The position numbers and the translations under genes are program-made. The notes beneath the pieces were generated by a model, which saw nothing but the letters and a program-made list of their open reading frames with translations, had not been told where the DNA came from and did not search any database. Below, piece by piece: positions 16,074 to 23,966 of a DNA stretch of 37,457 nt; the stretch's first letter is position 1; each line of letters starts with the position of its first letter. The stretch spans positions 1 to 37,457 of the forward strand of contig JANWIQ010000053.1 in assembly GCA_025449795.1 (NCBI GenBank), in the 5' to 3' direction. This DNA is from Minisyncoccota bacterium. Lineage in GTDB: Bacteria; Patescibacteriota; Microgenomatia; Levybacterales; UBA12049.

Positions 16074-16358
16074 TTATTGAGAATGGGAGATATGAAGAAC
16101 ATCTTCTACTTTTTTCAATCTTTGTCCATGCATGAGATAACCAGCACTCATAAGTTCAGAAAGAGCATTTATTGTGTCTTCTTGGCTATCTTTTACCACC
16201 TCAACTCTCATTTCAACTGTATTTAATTGGCTTTTACGTCCATGCACATCTTGCTGGATCGGATTAATTTCTTCTTTACTAATTCCCTTTATCGCTTGAA
16301 GGTCATCAGAAGTTAATATAGCATCAGTACCATACTTTAGGTAATTATGTGATGTCAA
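16074..16358 (-). CDS. Hypothetical small protein (about 94 aa, TTG start)
   Basis: The tracked 152-aa ORF overlaps coaBC. Only the part downstream of the coaBC stop is plausibly coding, starting at a TTG at 16358. No motif recognised. Confidence 0.3.
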   Translation of the reverse strand: MTSHNYLKYGTDAILTSDDLQAIKGISKEEINPIQQDVHGRKSQLNTVEMRVEVVKDSQEDTINALSELMSAGYLMHGQRLKKVEDVLHISHSQ

Positions 16359-16359
16359 T

Positions 16360-17577
16360 TTACGCTTTATGAAGAAAAACCACTTGCAGGATTTTTTGGG
16401 CGATTTCTTTTTTGGACGCATAAGGAATATGCGAATATTTTCCGTCAGGAAAAACAATATATACCTCATTGCTATCTGCAGCAAAACCGCTTTCTTTTTT
16501 CCCCACATCATTGGCAATAATAGCATCTGCACGTGCTTCTTTTAGTTTTCGTAGCGCATGTTGGACAAGCTCTTTTTCCCTCATGCTATATTCTGCCTTA
16601 AAGCCAAAAAGATGGATATTTGGATTTATTTTTTTAATGAAAGCAATAAGTTTTTCTTGCGGAGATAATACGAGCGTTATTTCTTTGTTGCTTTCTAATT
16701 TTCCTTTGTGATAATTTGTTACTTGAAAATCCCCTACTGCTGTAGTATGGAAAATATAATCAAAATTTTTCACTTGTTCTTGTAATAGCGTCCGTAAGTC
16801 TTCTGGACTTTCAAAGACATATTCACGAACAGGAGAGAAAGGGGTTACTGCTGTATTTGACCGAAGAAGTACTACGTCTGCTCCCTGCAAAAAAGCTTCT
16901 TCTGCCAAAGCCCGTCCCATTTTTCCAGAACTTCTGTTGGTGATATAGCGCACGTCATCAATTTTTTCTTTTGTCGCGCCCGCAGTAACCAAAATCTTTT
17001 TTCCTGCGAGACTATTTTTATTTGCAAGCACTTCTTCAATTTCTTCCAGAATGGTTGGGATGTTTTCCAGCTTTCCTTTTCCTTCATCCCCACAAGCCAA
17101 CATGCCGCTTGTTGGTTCGACAATCGTGTAGTGATAGGTGCGAAGAAGAGAAAGATTGTGTTGCGTGATTGGGTTGGTCCACATATTGGTATTCATTGCC
17201 GGACAAAGAATGACCGGTGCTTTTGTCGCAAGAATACTGGTAGTCAAAAAATTGTCGGCAATGCCATAGGCAAGTTTGGCAATAGTATTTGCAGTTGCCG
17301 GGACAACAACAAATACATCTGCCATTTTGGCAAGAGAGATATGGTCTACTACTCTGCTTTCCAAAATCTGCTTGTAGTCAAAGTCTTTGGGAAAAAGATC
17401 AACAGATACCGTATGTCCTGTTATCTTTTCAAATTCTTCTACCGGGATCATCTGTGCGGCTTGTGGAGTCATCGCCGCATAGACGTCGTATTTTTTCTCT
17501 TTAAGAAGTGTGATAAGTGTAATAGCCTTAAATGCGGCAATACTGCTCGTGATGCCAATAACAATTGTCTTTTTCAT
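16360..17577 (-). CDS. coaBC: Bifunctional phosphopantothenoylcysteine decarboxylase / phosphopantothenate-cysteine ligase
   Basis: 405 aa. N-terminal flavoprotein domain (KKTIVIGITSSIAAFKAITLITLL...PAMNTNMW) and C-terminal DFP domain (ILVTAGATKEKIDDVRYITNRSSGKMG). Confidence 0.92.
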   Translation of the reverse strand: MKKTIVIGITSSIAAFKAITLITLLKEKKYDVYAAMTPQAAQMIPVEEFEKITGHTVSVDLFPKDFDYKQILESRVVDHISLAKMADVFVVVPATANTIAKLAYGIADNFLTTSILATKAPVILCPAMNTNMWTNPITQHNLSLLRTYHYTIVEPTSGMLACGDEGKGKLENIPTILEEIEEVLANKNSLAGKKILVTAGATKEKIDDVRYITNRSSGKMGRALAEEAFLQGADVVLLRSNTAVTPFSPVREYVFESPEDLRTLLQEQVKNFDYIFHTTAVGDFQVTNYHKGKLESNKEITLVLSPQEKLIAFIKKINPNIHLFGFKAEYSMREKELVQHALRKLKEARADAIIANDVGKKESGFAADSNEVYIVFPDGKYSHIPYASKKEIAQKILQVVFLHKA

Positions 17578-17583
17578 GCTCAG

Positions 17584-17592
17584 ATTATACCA
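17584..17592 (-). promoter_or_regulatory. Extended -10 box (TGGTATAAT) 6 nt upstream of the coaBC ATG
   Basis: Minus strand reads TGGTATAAT-CTGAGC-ATG. No Shine-Dalgarno sequence fits in the 6-nt gap. Confidence 0.4.
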
Positions 17593-17629
17593 GAAAAGTC
17601 AGTAGAAACGAGCTTATCGATCTACTGAC
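17591..17629 (-). terminator. Rho-independent terminator after the efflux operon
   Basis: Minus strand: GUCAGUAGA - 14-nt loop - UCUACUGAC (9-bp stem) followed by UUUUCUGG. It lies 26 nt downstream of the stop of the 145-aa gene. Confidence 0.6.
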
Positions 17630-17654
17630 CTTCTGAATTCATCCGAATATCTGT

Positions 17655-18092
17655 TTACTGTGTCGGTGTACCCGATGGTCTTGGACGGAACATTTGTACT
17701 GGATTAATTTGAATGTTTTGTGCCGTGACAGATCCATCAGAATTTGTTGTACCAAATACAGCTACCTCTGTTCCTGTAGTCAAGTCAGAAGAAGTTGCTG
17801 TACTAGATTTTACTATTCTCGTGCTTCCAGAGTAATTTACAATTTTACTGCTGCCGTCTGGAAGTTGGACGGTAACGCTATTGGTGTCCGTACTGATAAT
17901 TTTCCCAACCGTAGTACCTGCACCATTTCTGCCACCGCCAAATCTTCCGAAGCCCCCTTGTCCTGCAAATTGGGCAAAGCCGGATCTTGCTTGGGATTGT
18001 TGATATTTTTCTCCGCCAAAAAATGCAGCACCCCCAACAATTATGGCAACAAGAATAGTAATAATAAGAGAGTTTTTATTCATACTGTTCAC
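17655..18092 (-). CDS. Small membrane-anchored or secreted protein (DUF5666-like beta-rich domain, recalled from memory)
   Basis: 145 aa. N-terminal TM (SLIITILVAIIVGGAAFFGG), then a G/F/R-rich linker. The next stretch, GKIISTDTNSVTVQLPDGSSKIV...TRIV....ATSSDLTTGTEVAVFGTTNSDGSVTAQNIQI, looks beta-rich. Starts 5 nt after the permease gene. Confidence 0.6.
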   Translation of the reverse strand: MNSMNKNSLIITILVAIIVGGAAFFGGEKYQQSQARSGFAQFAGQGGFGRFGGGRNGAGTTVGKIISTDTNSVTVQLPDGSSKIVNYSGSTRIVKSSTATSSDLTTGTEVAVFGTTNSDGSVTAQNIQINPVQMFRPRPSGTPTQ

Positions 18093-18097
18093 CTCCT

Positions 18098-19324
18098 TTA
18101 CTCATAACGTAATGCTTCAATTGGTTGTAAATTTGCTGCGCGCCTTGCAGGATACCATCCAAAAAGTACGCCAATGCCAGCGGATACGATAAATGCGAGA
18201 AGGATAGATGATACCGATATAACAAAACCAATTTTAATAAGTGTCGAAAGCAGCAGTGAAACGCCGATACCAAGAAGAATACCAATAATTCCTCCGATAA
18301 AAGTTAAAAGCAGTGCCTCGATAAGAAACTGGGTGACAATGACTTGTTTTTTTGCTCCGAGCGCTTTTCTGAGGCCTATTTCCCGTGTCCTTTCGGTGAC
18401 CGAAACAAGCATAATATTCATAATGCCAATACCTCCGACAAGAAGCGATATTGCGGCAATGCCAGAGAGTAGTGCGGTAAAGGTATTCGTGGTAGTGGTG
18501 GCAGCTTGTAAAATATCTGCTTCGGAAAGAATACTAAAATCAGCTTGCGTTGGATTTTGTAACTTGTGCCGCGAAAGAAGTACGTAGCCAATTTGGTTTT
18601 CTGCGTCGGTCATAAGGTCTGCAGATTTTACCTGGACGGAAATACTGGTAAGGTGCGTTACGCCAAATACTTCTTCTTGTGCCGTGGAAAGGGGAATATA
18701 GATATTATCATCCTGGTTGAGAAAGCCGGTACCGCCCTTGGAAACAGTCACGCCGACAATATGAAACGCAATATTGTTAATACGGATGAGTTGCCCGATG
18801 GGGTCAGCGCCATCTGAGAAAAGATTTGCCGCTGCTTGAGGCCCAACAACAGCAACTCTTGTAAGCGCTTGTTGGTCCTGTGTGGTGATAAAATTTCCCT
18901 CTGCAACTTGTACATTGCTCACTACGGCATAGGATGGGGTAACGCCAATCACAGAGGTATTGGTATTGTTGCCACCTGCAACAACCTGCACTCTTCCGGT
19001 ATAGGTTGGTGAAACAGCTGCGACATCGGTTATCTGGGGAGATGTTTGTATAGCGGTTGCATCATCGTTTGTCAGGGTTGTTGCGCCTCCCTGAGCCCCT
19101 CGTATCGCGCCGGCGTTGATAGACCCCGGGGTAATGGAAAGCAAGTTAGACCCAAGGCTTTGGATTTGGTTTTGGATTGTTTGCTGTGTTGCCTGTCCCA
19201 GTGAAAGGAGCGCAATCACACTCCCAATACCTATTACAATACCCAAAATCGCAAGTCCTGTCCTGAGCTTATTCAGGAAAAGTGTTGCAATGCTTTCTTT
19301 GATTATTTCTAAAAAATCATGCAT
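18098..19324 (-). CDS. ABC transporter permease, MacB/FtsX type (4 TM plus periplasmic core domain)
   Basis: Start trimmed to MHDFLEIIKESIATLFLNKLRTGLAILGIVIGIGSVI (ATG at 19324). C-terminal FtsX block ERTREIGLRKALGAKK...YPARRAANLQPIEALRYE. Confidence 0.88.
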   Translation of the reverse strand: MHDFLEIIKESIATLFLNKLRTGLAILGIVIGIGSVIALLSLGQATQQTIQNQIQSLGSNLLSITPGSINAGAIRGAQGGATTLTNDDATAIQTSPQITDVAAVSPTYTGRVQVVAGGNNTNTSVIGVTPSYAVVSNVQVAEGNFITTQDQQALTRVAVVGPQAAANLFSDGADPIGQLIRINNIAFHIVGVTVSKGGTGFLNQDDNIYIPLSTAQEEVFGVTHLTSISVQVKSADLMTDAENQIGYVLLSRHKLQNPTQADFSILSEADILQAATTTTNTFTALLSGIAAISLLVGGIGIMNIMLVSVTERTREIGLRKALGAKKQVIVTQFLIEALLLTFIGGIIGILLGIGVSLLLSTLIKIGFVISVSSILLAFIVSAGIGVLFGWYPARRAANLQPIEALRYE

Positions 19325-19332
19325 ATATCTTC

Positions 19333-19445
19333 GGGGTCCTGCCAATCGCAACTTTTCCCTTCGGTACCCTCAGGGCAAGCCAGTGCTTGCGACCCTTTTT
19401 ATCCTGAGCAAAGTCGAAGGAGAAAAAACTCGCGCCTGTTACCCC
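19333..19445 (-). repeat. 113-nt structured repeat element, copy A, between the ABC ATPase stop and the permease start
   Basis: About 94% identical to 21642-21755 (6 substitutions and 1 indel by hand alignment). It folds as an interrupted rod (see findings). It ends 8 nt upstream of the permease ATG. Confidence 0.8.
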
Positions 19446-19446
19446 T

Positions 19447-20172
19447 TTAATCTGTTGTATGTAGCCGTTTTGCTTTTTTCTGTTTTTTATTTCTATCATC
19501 TGCAATAATTTTTCCGTCTTTCACATGGATGATTCGTTTGCTATGCTCTGCAATGTCTGGCTCGTGAGTGATCATGACAATCGTATGTCCTCTGTTGTTA
19601 ATTTCCTGAAAAATTGCCATAATTTCTTCTGCCTGAGCAGAGGCAATGTTGCCAGTTGGCTCGTCTGCAAGAAGAAGAGCGGGGTTCATGACAAGTGCAC
19701 GGGCTATAGCAACGCGCTGTTGCTGACCGCCTGAAATTTGATTGGACGAGTGAGAGAGTCTTTTTCCCAGTCCCACCATTTCCAAATACTGGCGCGCTTT
19801 TTCTTCTCTTTCTTTTTCCGGCATTCCCCCATAGCGCATAGGGAGCATGACGTTTTGCAGAAGGGTAATGCGAGGCAATAGGTTAAAGGCCTGGAAAATA
19901 AACCCAATTTTTTTATTCCGAATATCTGCAAGTTCGTCATCGGAGAGTTTTTCCACATTTTGCCCGTCCAAGATGTAGGTACCGTTGGTTGGTGTATCTA
20001 ATGCTCCTAAAATATGCATGAGCGTTGACTTTCCACTTCCCGATGGTCCCATGATGGCAACAAATTCACCCTTACTGATAGAAAATGAAACATCGTCCAA
20101 GGCAACGGTTTGCATGGCTTCTGTTTGGTAGATTTTTGAAATATGTGAGATATCAATAGTTATGCTATTCAT
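19447..20172 (-). CDS. ABC transporter ATP-binding protein (MacB/LolD subfamily)
   Basis: Start trimmed to MNSITIDISHISKIY (ATG at 20172). Walker A GPSGSGKST, signature LSGGQQQRVAIARAL, Walker B LLLADEPT, H-loop ITHE. Confidence 0.92.
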   Translation of the reverse strand: MNSITIDISHISKIYQTEAMQTVALDDVSFSISKGEFVAIMGPSGSGKSTLMHILGALDTPTNGTYILDGQNVEKLSDDELADIRNKKIGFIFQAFNLLPRITLLQNVMLPMRYGGMPEKEREEKARQYLEMVGLGKRLSHSSNQISGGQQQRVAIARALVMNPALLLADEPTGNIASAQAEEIMAIFQEINNRGHTIVMITHEPDIAEHSKRIIHVKDGKIIADDRNKKQKKAKRLHTTD

Positions 20173-20228
20173 CTTCAGATAAACTCGGATAGAACTCGGT
20201 TTTCCGGCTATCAGATAATTCTGGTGTT

Positions 20229-20247
20229 CTGGTACCCTAAGTACCAG
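20229..20247 (-). other. Intercistronic hairpin between the MFP and ATPase genes
   Basis: CUGGUAC-UUAGG-GUACCAG (7-bp perfect stem), nested inside a flanking AUCAGAU...AUCUGAU inverted repeat. Confidence 0.4.
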
Positions 20248-20263
20248 CTGAGTTTCATCTGAT

Positions 20264-21631
20264 TTATTGTCCCCTTGCTCCACCTGCTCCTGAGCCACCT
20301 GATCGGAAAACAGCTCCCCCGCCGCCAAAACCTCCAAATCCGCGGGTTGCACTAAAAGGTGAAGAAGCGCTTGTGCCACTTGCTGTTGTGGAAATACCAG
20401 TTACCACGCTCTGTCCTTCAGAAAGTCCAGAGGTAATTTCTGTATCTGTATCAGAGCTAATACCGATAGTGACAGGTACTTGTTGTATTTGGCCATTTTG
20501 TAAGACCCGGACTGTTGGAGATGTTCCTGTGTTTTGTATTGCAGCAGAAGGGACAGTAAGGACGTCATCTTTGCGTGCTGTTTGTATATTGACTGTTGCA
20601 GACATGCCTGGTTCTATCTCCTCTGGTGCAGCAAGAAAAGCAACATATATATTGTAGGTAACTACGCCAGAGGTAACTGTACCTACCGTATCTACTCCTT
20701 GCACTTGCCCGACAAATGTTTTACCAGGAAATGCATTCAGGGTTATAGTTGCTTTTTGCCCTGTTTTAATTTTTGGAATGTCTACTTCACTTGCCTGAAT
20801 TTTAATAGTTGGACGTGAAAAGTCACCAACAGTAAGGACAGTGGTGCCGGATGCGGTATTGGCAGAAGAAGCAAGTTCGCTTGTCAGATTGCCGCTACTT
20901 GCGGTTACTTGGGAGCCAACTTGGACAGAAATATTTGCAATTGTACCGCTAATTGGCGAGGTGACAAGTGAATCCTGAGTTGCTTGGTATGCTAAAGATG
21001 CAGAGTTAAGGCCAGCTTGGGCTGCGTTGATGACGCCTTGCTGGTTAGTATAATCTGCTTGCGCCTGCAGCCATGCCGCATTTTCTTCAATATATTTTGG
21101 ATCTGCCATCTGGCCAACGCTTGGATTGGCTACCCCTCTATCCGTAACGAATGCTTGGTTGGCAACAAAAAGTGCTTCTTGTAAAGAATTCATTTTTGCC
21201 TGTGCGCTATTGAGGGTATTTTGGGCCGCAAGCAAAGACGCATATGCGCTGGCAATCTCTTGTGAAGTTGCCGTACTTTTTACTTTAAATAAATTTTGCC
21301 CAACCGTTACGGTATCGCCGTCTTTTACATACAATGCCTCAACAACCCCTGTGGTGGGCGAGCCAATGCCGCCTTGGCTATTGGTAGAAATATTTCCAGA
21401 CTCACTTACAGAGGCAATAATGGTGCGCTTTGTCACCTGGGCTGTCTGGTATTGTGGCGAAGAAGTACTTTGGGTAAATGTTTTCCATCCAAAAAACCCA
21501 AGAATTACCACAAAAAAAAGCGTAAGGAACGTTCGCCATTTTGTGCCAAAAAGGAGTGGTTTTGTCTGTTGAAGCGTATGCACAAAAAAAGAATTTTTAT
21601 TTTCTTTGGCAATTTGCTTATCTGTTGTCAT
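20264..21631 (-). CDS. Efflux periplasmic adaptor subunit (MacA/HlyD family) with a Gly-rich C-terminal tail
   Basis: Start trimmed to MTTDKQIAKE (ATG at 21631). TM (FLTLFFVVILGFFGW), lipoyl motif VKDGDTVTVGQNLFKV, coiled coil, beta-barrel. The tail is GFGGFGGGGAVFRSGGSGAGGARGQ. Confidence 0.85.
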   Translation of the reverse strand: MTTDKQIAKENKNSFFVHTLQQTKPLLFGTKWRTFLTLFFVVILGFFGWKTFTQSTSSPQYQTAQVTKRTIIASVSESGNISTNSQGGIGSPTTGVVEALYVKDGDTVTVGQNLFKVKSTATSQEIASAYASLLAAQNTLNSAQAKMNSLQEALFVANQAFVTDRGVANPSVGQMADPKYIEENAAWLQAQADYTNQQGVINAAQAGLNSASLAYQATQDSLVTSPISGTIANISVQVGSQVTASSGNLTSELASSANTASGTTVLTVGDFSRPTIKIQASEVDIPKIKTGQKATITLNAFPGKTFVGQVQGVDTVGTVTSGVVTYNIYVAFLAAPEEIEPGMSATVNIQTARKDDVLTVPSAAIQNTGTSPTVRVLQNGQIQQVPVTIGISSDTDTEITSGLSEGQSVVTGISTTASGTSASSPFSATRGFGGFGGGGAVFRSGGSGAGGARGQ

Positions 21632-21641
21632 AATTTTTTTC

Positions 21642-21755
21642 GGGGTCCTGCCAACCGCAACTTTTTCCCTTCGGTACACCCAGGGCAAGCCAGTGCTTGC
21701 GACCCTTTTTATCCTGAGCAAAGTCGAAGGAGAAAAAACTCGTGCCTGTCATCCC
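21642..21755 (-). repeat. 114-nt structured repeat element, copy B, between the histidine kinase and the MFP start
   Basis: Near-identical to 19333-19445. It ends 10 nt upstream of the MFP ATG. Confidence 0.8.
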
Positions 21756-21809
21756 TTCTCGTATCCTCTCTATGCACTATAGTTTTACCATCTGAAAAAG
21801 TGCTGAAAG

Positions 21810-22814
21810 TTATTTTTCAAGCGGCAAGAAAACAGTAAAGGTTGTTTTATTTCCCAAAATGCTCTTGACTGCTATATGTCCATGATGCTCGGTAATTATT
21901 TTTTTCGCAATAGATAGACCCAATCCATATCCTGGAATTTCCTGCTTTGTGCGGGATATATCTGCGCGATAAAATCTATCGAAGATATGGGGAATTGCTG
22001 CCTCTTCTATCCCCATTCCCTGGTCTGTTATTTGGATTGCTGCTTTGTCATCTACCATGTGTATGGTAATAGTGATTACGGTTTTTTTTGGGCTATATTT
22101 GATGGCATTATCAAGAAGAATGGCAAATACCTGAGACAGGCTGTCTTTGTCTCCTTTTACTCGAAGGTCACGGGTCGGTTTTTTTATGGAAATATTTTTT
22201 TGTTTTGCCAATTTTTCCGTTTTTTTCATCGCCATTTGTAGCACGTGCTGAAGGGAGATAGGAGTAGATACGTGGCGTTGGGATTTTTGCTCCCGCACGA
22301 GTTGTATCAGATTGTCAGACAATATGTGCAAATTATTTACCTCTTCAAGATTGCTTACCAGGAGTGCATCTGCTTCTTCTTTGGTGCGATGTTTGCTTCG
22401 CAAATAGACTTCTATTTCGGATTTGAGCGACGTAATAGGGGTACGAAGCTCGTGGGAAACGTCGGTAACAAATCGATTTTGCTCATCCATCATTTGTTTT
22501 ATTGGACGCAGAGTAAATCCTGCTAAGATGTATCCTCCAATACCTGAAACGCCAAAAATAATACAATTTACGTAAATAAGAATCCATTGTATTCTGTCTT
22601 CTGATGCTTGCAGATAGGAAGGTTCTAATAGCTGAGGATTCATCTGTGGCGCCAGAGCACCAAATTCCTGGGAGTACCTTTGCGTAATCCTATGGAAGCT
22701 GCGGTCAAGTTCGTTTGTTAGAATATGGTAGATAGAAAAACTAAACATAATGCTAATAAGCATAATAATGAGAAGATACCATATGGTGAGTGTAATGCGG
22801 GCTGTAGTAAACAT
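21810..22814 (-). CDS. Sensor histidine kinase (two TM segments, HisKA plus HATPase_c)
   Basis: 334 aa. H-box VSHELRTPITSL, N-box LLDNAIKYS, G-boxes DQGMGI and GYGLGLSIAKKIITEHHG. Confidence 0.9.
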   Translation of the reverse strand: MFTTARITLTIWYLLIIMLISIMFSFSIYHILTNELDRSFHRITQRYSQEFGALAPQMNPQLLEPSYLQASEDRIQWILIYVNCIIFGVSGIGGYILAGFTLRPIKQMMDEQNRFVTDVSHELRTPITSLKSEIEVYLRSKHRTKEEADALLVSNLEEVNNLHILSDNLIQLVREQKSQRHVSTPISLQHVLQMAMKKTEKLAKQKNISIKKPTRDLRVKGDKDSLSQVFAILLDNAIKYSPKKTVITITIHMVDDKAAIQITDQGMGIEEAAIPHIFDRFYRADISRTKQEIPGYGLGLSIAKKIITEHHGHIAVKSILGNKTTFTVFLPLEK

Positions 22815-22815
22815 A

Positions 22816-23487
22816 TTATCCTATCTTGTATCCAAATCCTCGTACGGTGTGAATAAGCGGGTTTGTAAAGGGTTTGTCTATTTTGCTGCGCAGTAATTTG
22901 ATATACACCTCTACGGTATTGGGAAGAATATTTGCGTCATAATTCCATACGTGCGCAATAATTTGTTCTTTTGTGAGGACTTTTTGGGCATGTCGCATAA
23001 GGTATTCTAAAAGTGAAAATTCTTTACTGGAAAGCGCAAGGGGTCTGCCTTCCCTTTCCACGGAAAAAGTAAGCGTATCGAGCGTGAGTGTCCCAACGGA
23101 AAGGACATGTCCAAGCGTAGCCTTTGGCCTTCGCGTGAGAGCTCTTACTCGTGCAAGCAGCTCTTCAAAAGCAAAAGGTTTCGCAAGATAGTCATCTGCA
23201 CCAGCATTAAGGCCTTCTACCTTGTCTTCTACCTGTCCTTTTGCGGTAAGAAGGAGAATTGGCGTGTGGATTTCCTGCGAGCGCAATTTTTTGCAAATTT
23301 CAATGCCATCAATTCCCGGAAGTAATCTATCCAGAATAATAAGGTCATATTCTTCGCTTGCTGCCATGTCATATCCTTCGCTTCCCGTGTATATGGCATC
23401 TGCTGCAAAAAGCTCCTGCGCCAGACCCTTTTTTATGGAGTTGGCAATCTTATGTTCGTCTTCAACAACGAGGATTCTCATACCCAT
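22816..23487 (-). CDS. OmpR/PhoB-family response regulator
   Basis: 223 aa. Receiver domain (RILVVEDE...DLIILDRLLPGIDG...LLLTAKG) and winged-helix trans_reg_C domain (LTLD...LSSKEFSLLEYLM...VRGFGYKI). An alternative start is the second ATG at 23481. Confidence 0.92.
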   Translation of the reverse strand: MGMRILVVEDEHKIANSIKKGLAQELFAADAIYTGSEGYDMAASEEYDLIILDRLLPGIDGIEICKKLRSQEIHTPILLLTAKGQVEDKVEGLNAGADDYLAKPFAFEELLARVRALTRRPKATLGHVLSVGTLTLDTLTFSVEREGRPLALSSKEFSLLEYLMRHAQKVLTKEQIIAHVWNYDANILPNTVEVYIKLLRSKIDKPFTNPLIHTVRGFGYKIG

Positions 23488-23493
23488 ATTATA
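23488..23493 (-). promoter_or_regulatory. TATAAT box abutting the response-regulator start codons
   Basis: Minus strand reads TATAAT-ATGGGT-ATGAGA. The second ATG (MRILVVEDE) lies 6 nt downstream of the -10 box. Confidence 0.4.
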
Positions 23494-23496
23494 CGC

Positions 23497-23514
23497 AAAT
23501 TTGCTGAAATTTGC
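23497..23514. promoter_or_regulatory. Direct repeat AAATTTGC x2 with 10-bp periodicity; candidate OmpR-family binding site
   Basis: AAATTTGC at 23497-23504 and 23507-23514. The first copy is part of the palindrome GCAAATTTGC. Located just upstream of the RR -10 box. Confidence 0.35.
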
Positions 23515-23535
23515 CTGATAGTGACAAACAGAGGG

Positions 23536-23564
23536 TTGTCTTTAGGCTACTTTTGTGCTATACT
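23536..23564 (+). promoter_or_regulatory. Promoter with extended -10 for the zinc-ribbon gene
   Basis: TTGTCT (23536-23541), 17-nt spacer ending in TGC, TATACT (23559-23564). The ATG follows 12 nt later. Confidence 0.6.
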
Positions 23565-23576
23565 ATCCCTGTCTTC

Positions 23577-23876
23577 ATGATGAAAAGTACTTCATACGTT
23601 GATTTTCCTTGTCCTCGCTGCGGTAGCGCACAGCGTATTTCTAAAAAATGGAAGGAAAAAGTACCTACATTTTCCGGCAGTATCATGGTTGATTGTTCAC
23701 AAATTGTTTGCACGAATACGCTTTGCCAAAAAGCCTTTACAAAAAATCTTGCGGAAGAAACGCAAAAAAGAAATGCAGCAAAAATAAAAAAGGATGAAAG
23801 CGATAAAGAACGAAAGACCAATTCACTTTTACACGCAGCCGAAGCCAGAAAACAAAAAAATAACCTCGTCATCTAA
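23577..23876 (+). CDS. Small zinc-ribbon protein with a Lys-rich tail (hypothetical)
   Basis: Start trimmed to MMKSTSYVDFPCPRCGS. Two Cys pairs, CPRC ... C(x6)C..C, followed by a KKDESDKERK basic tail. Confidence 0.5.
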   Translation: MMKSTSYVDFPCPRCGSAQRISKKWKEKVPTFSGSIMVDCSQIVCTNTLCQKAFTKNLAEETQKRNAAKIKKDESDKERKTNSLLHAAEARKQKNNLVI

Positions 23877-23966
23877 TCGCGTAGCGCACTGCTTCCACTT
23901 CTTACCTATTTCTTATCTTCCTTTTACTTTTTTCTTGTCTCCCAAGATAGATACTTAAGTATTCAT

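Noticed and set aside
16359-16532. The upstream third of the 152-aa minus-strand ORF 16074-16532.
   Set aside because: It overlaps the well-supported 3' end of coaBC in another frame. Only the part after the coaBC stop is kept, and only at low confidence.
19333-19445. Resemblance of CUCAGGAUAAAAAGGGUC and ACCGAAGGGAAAAG to conserved glycine-riboswitch segments (CUCAGGCAAAAGGAC; CCGAAGG.GCAA).
   Set aside because: The two segments occur in the opposite order to the riboswitch, the GGAGAG element is missing, and the downstream genes are efflux components. I treat this as coincidental unless a covariance-model search says otherwise.
19317-21721. N-terminal extensions and a 62-aa ORF that read through the repeat elements. 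These are 18098-19351 starting MRLAGPRRY, 20264-21721 starting MLRIKRVAS..., 19317-19505, and 19447-20379 starting MAQALLHLL.
   Set aside because: The extensions have no family-like sequence and cross a non-coding repeat or the preceding gene. The conserved protein families begin at internal ATGs (19324, 21631, 20172). The two repeat copies are read in different frames because of the indel.
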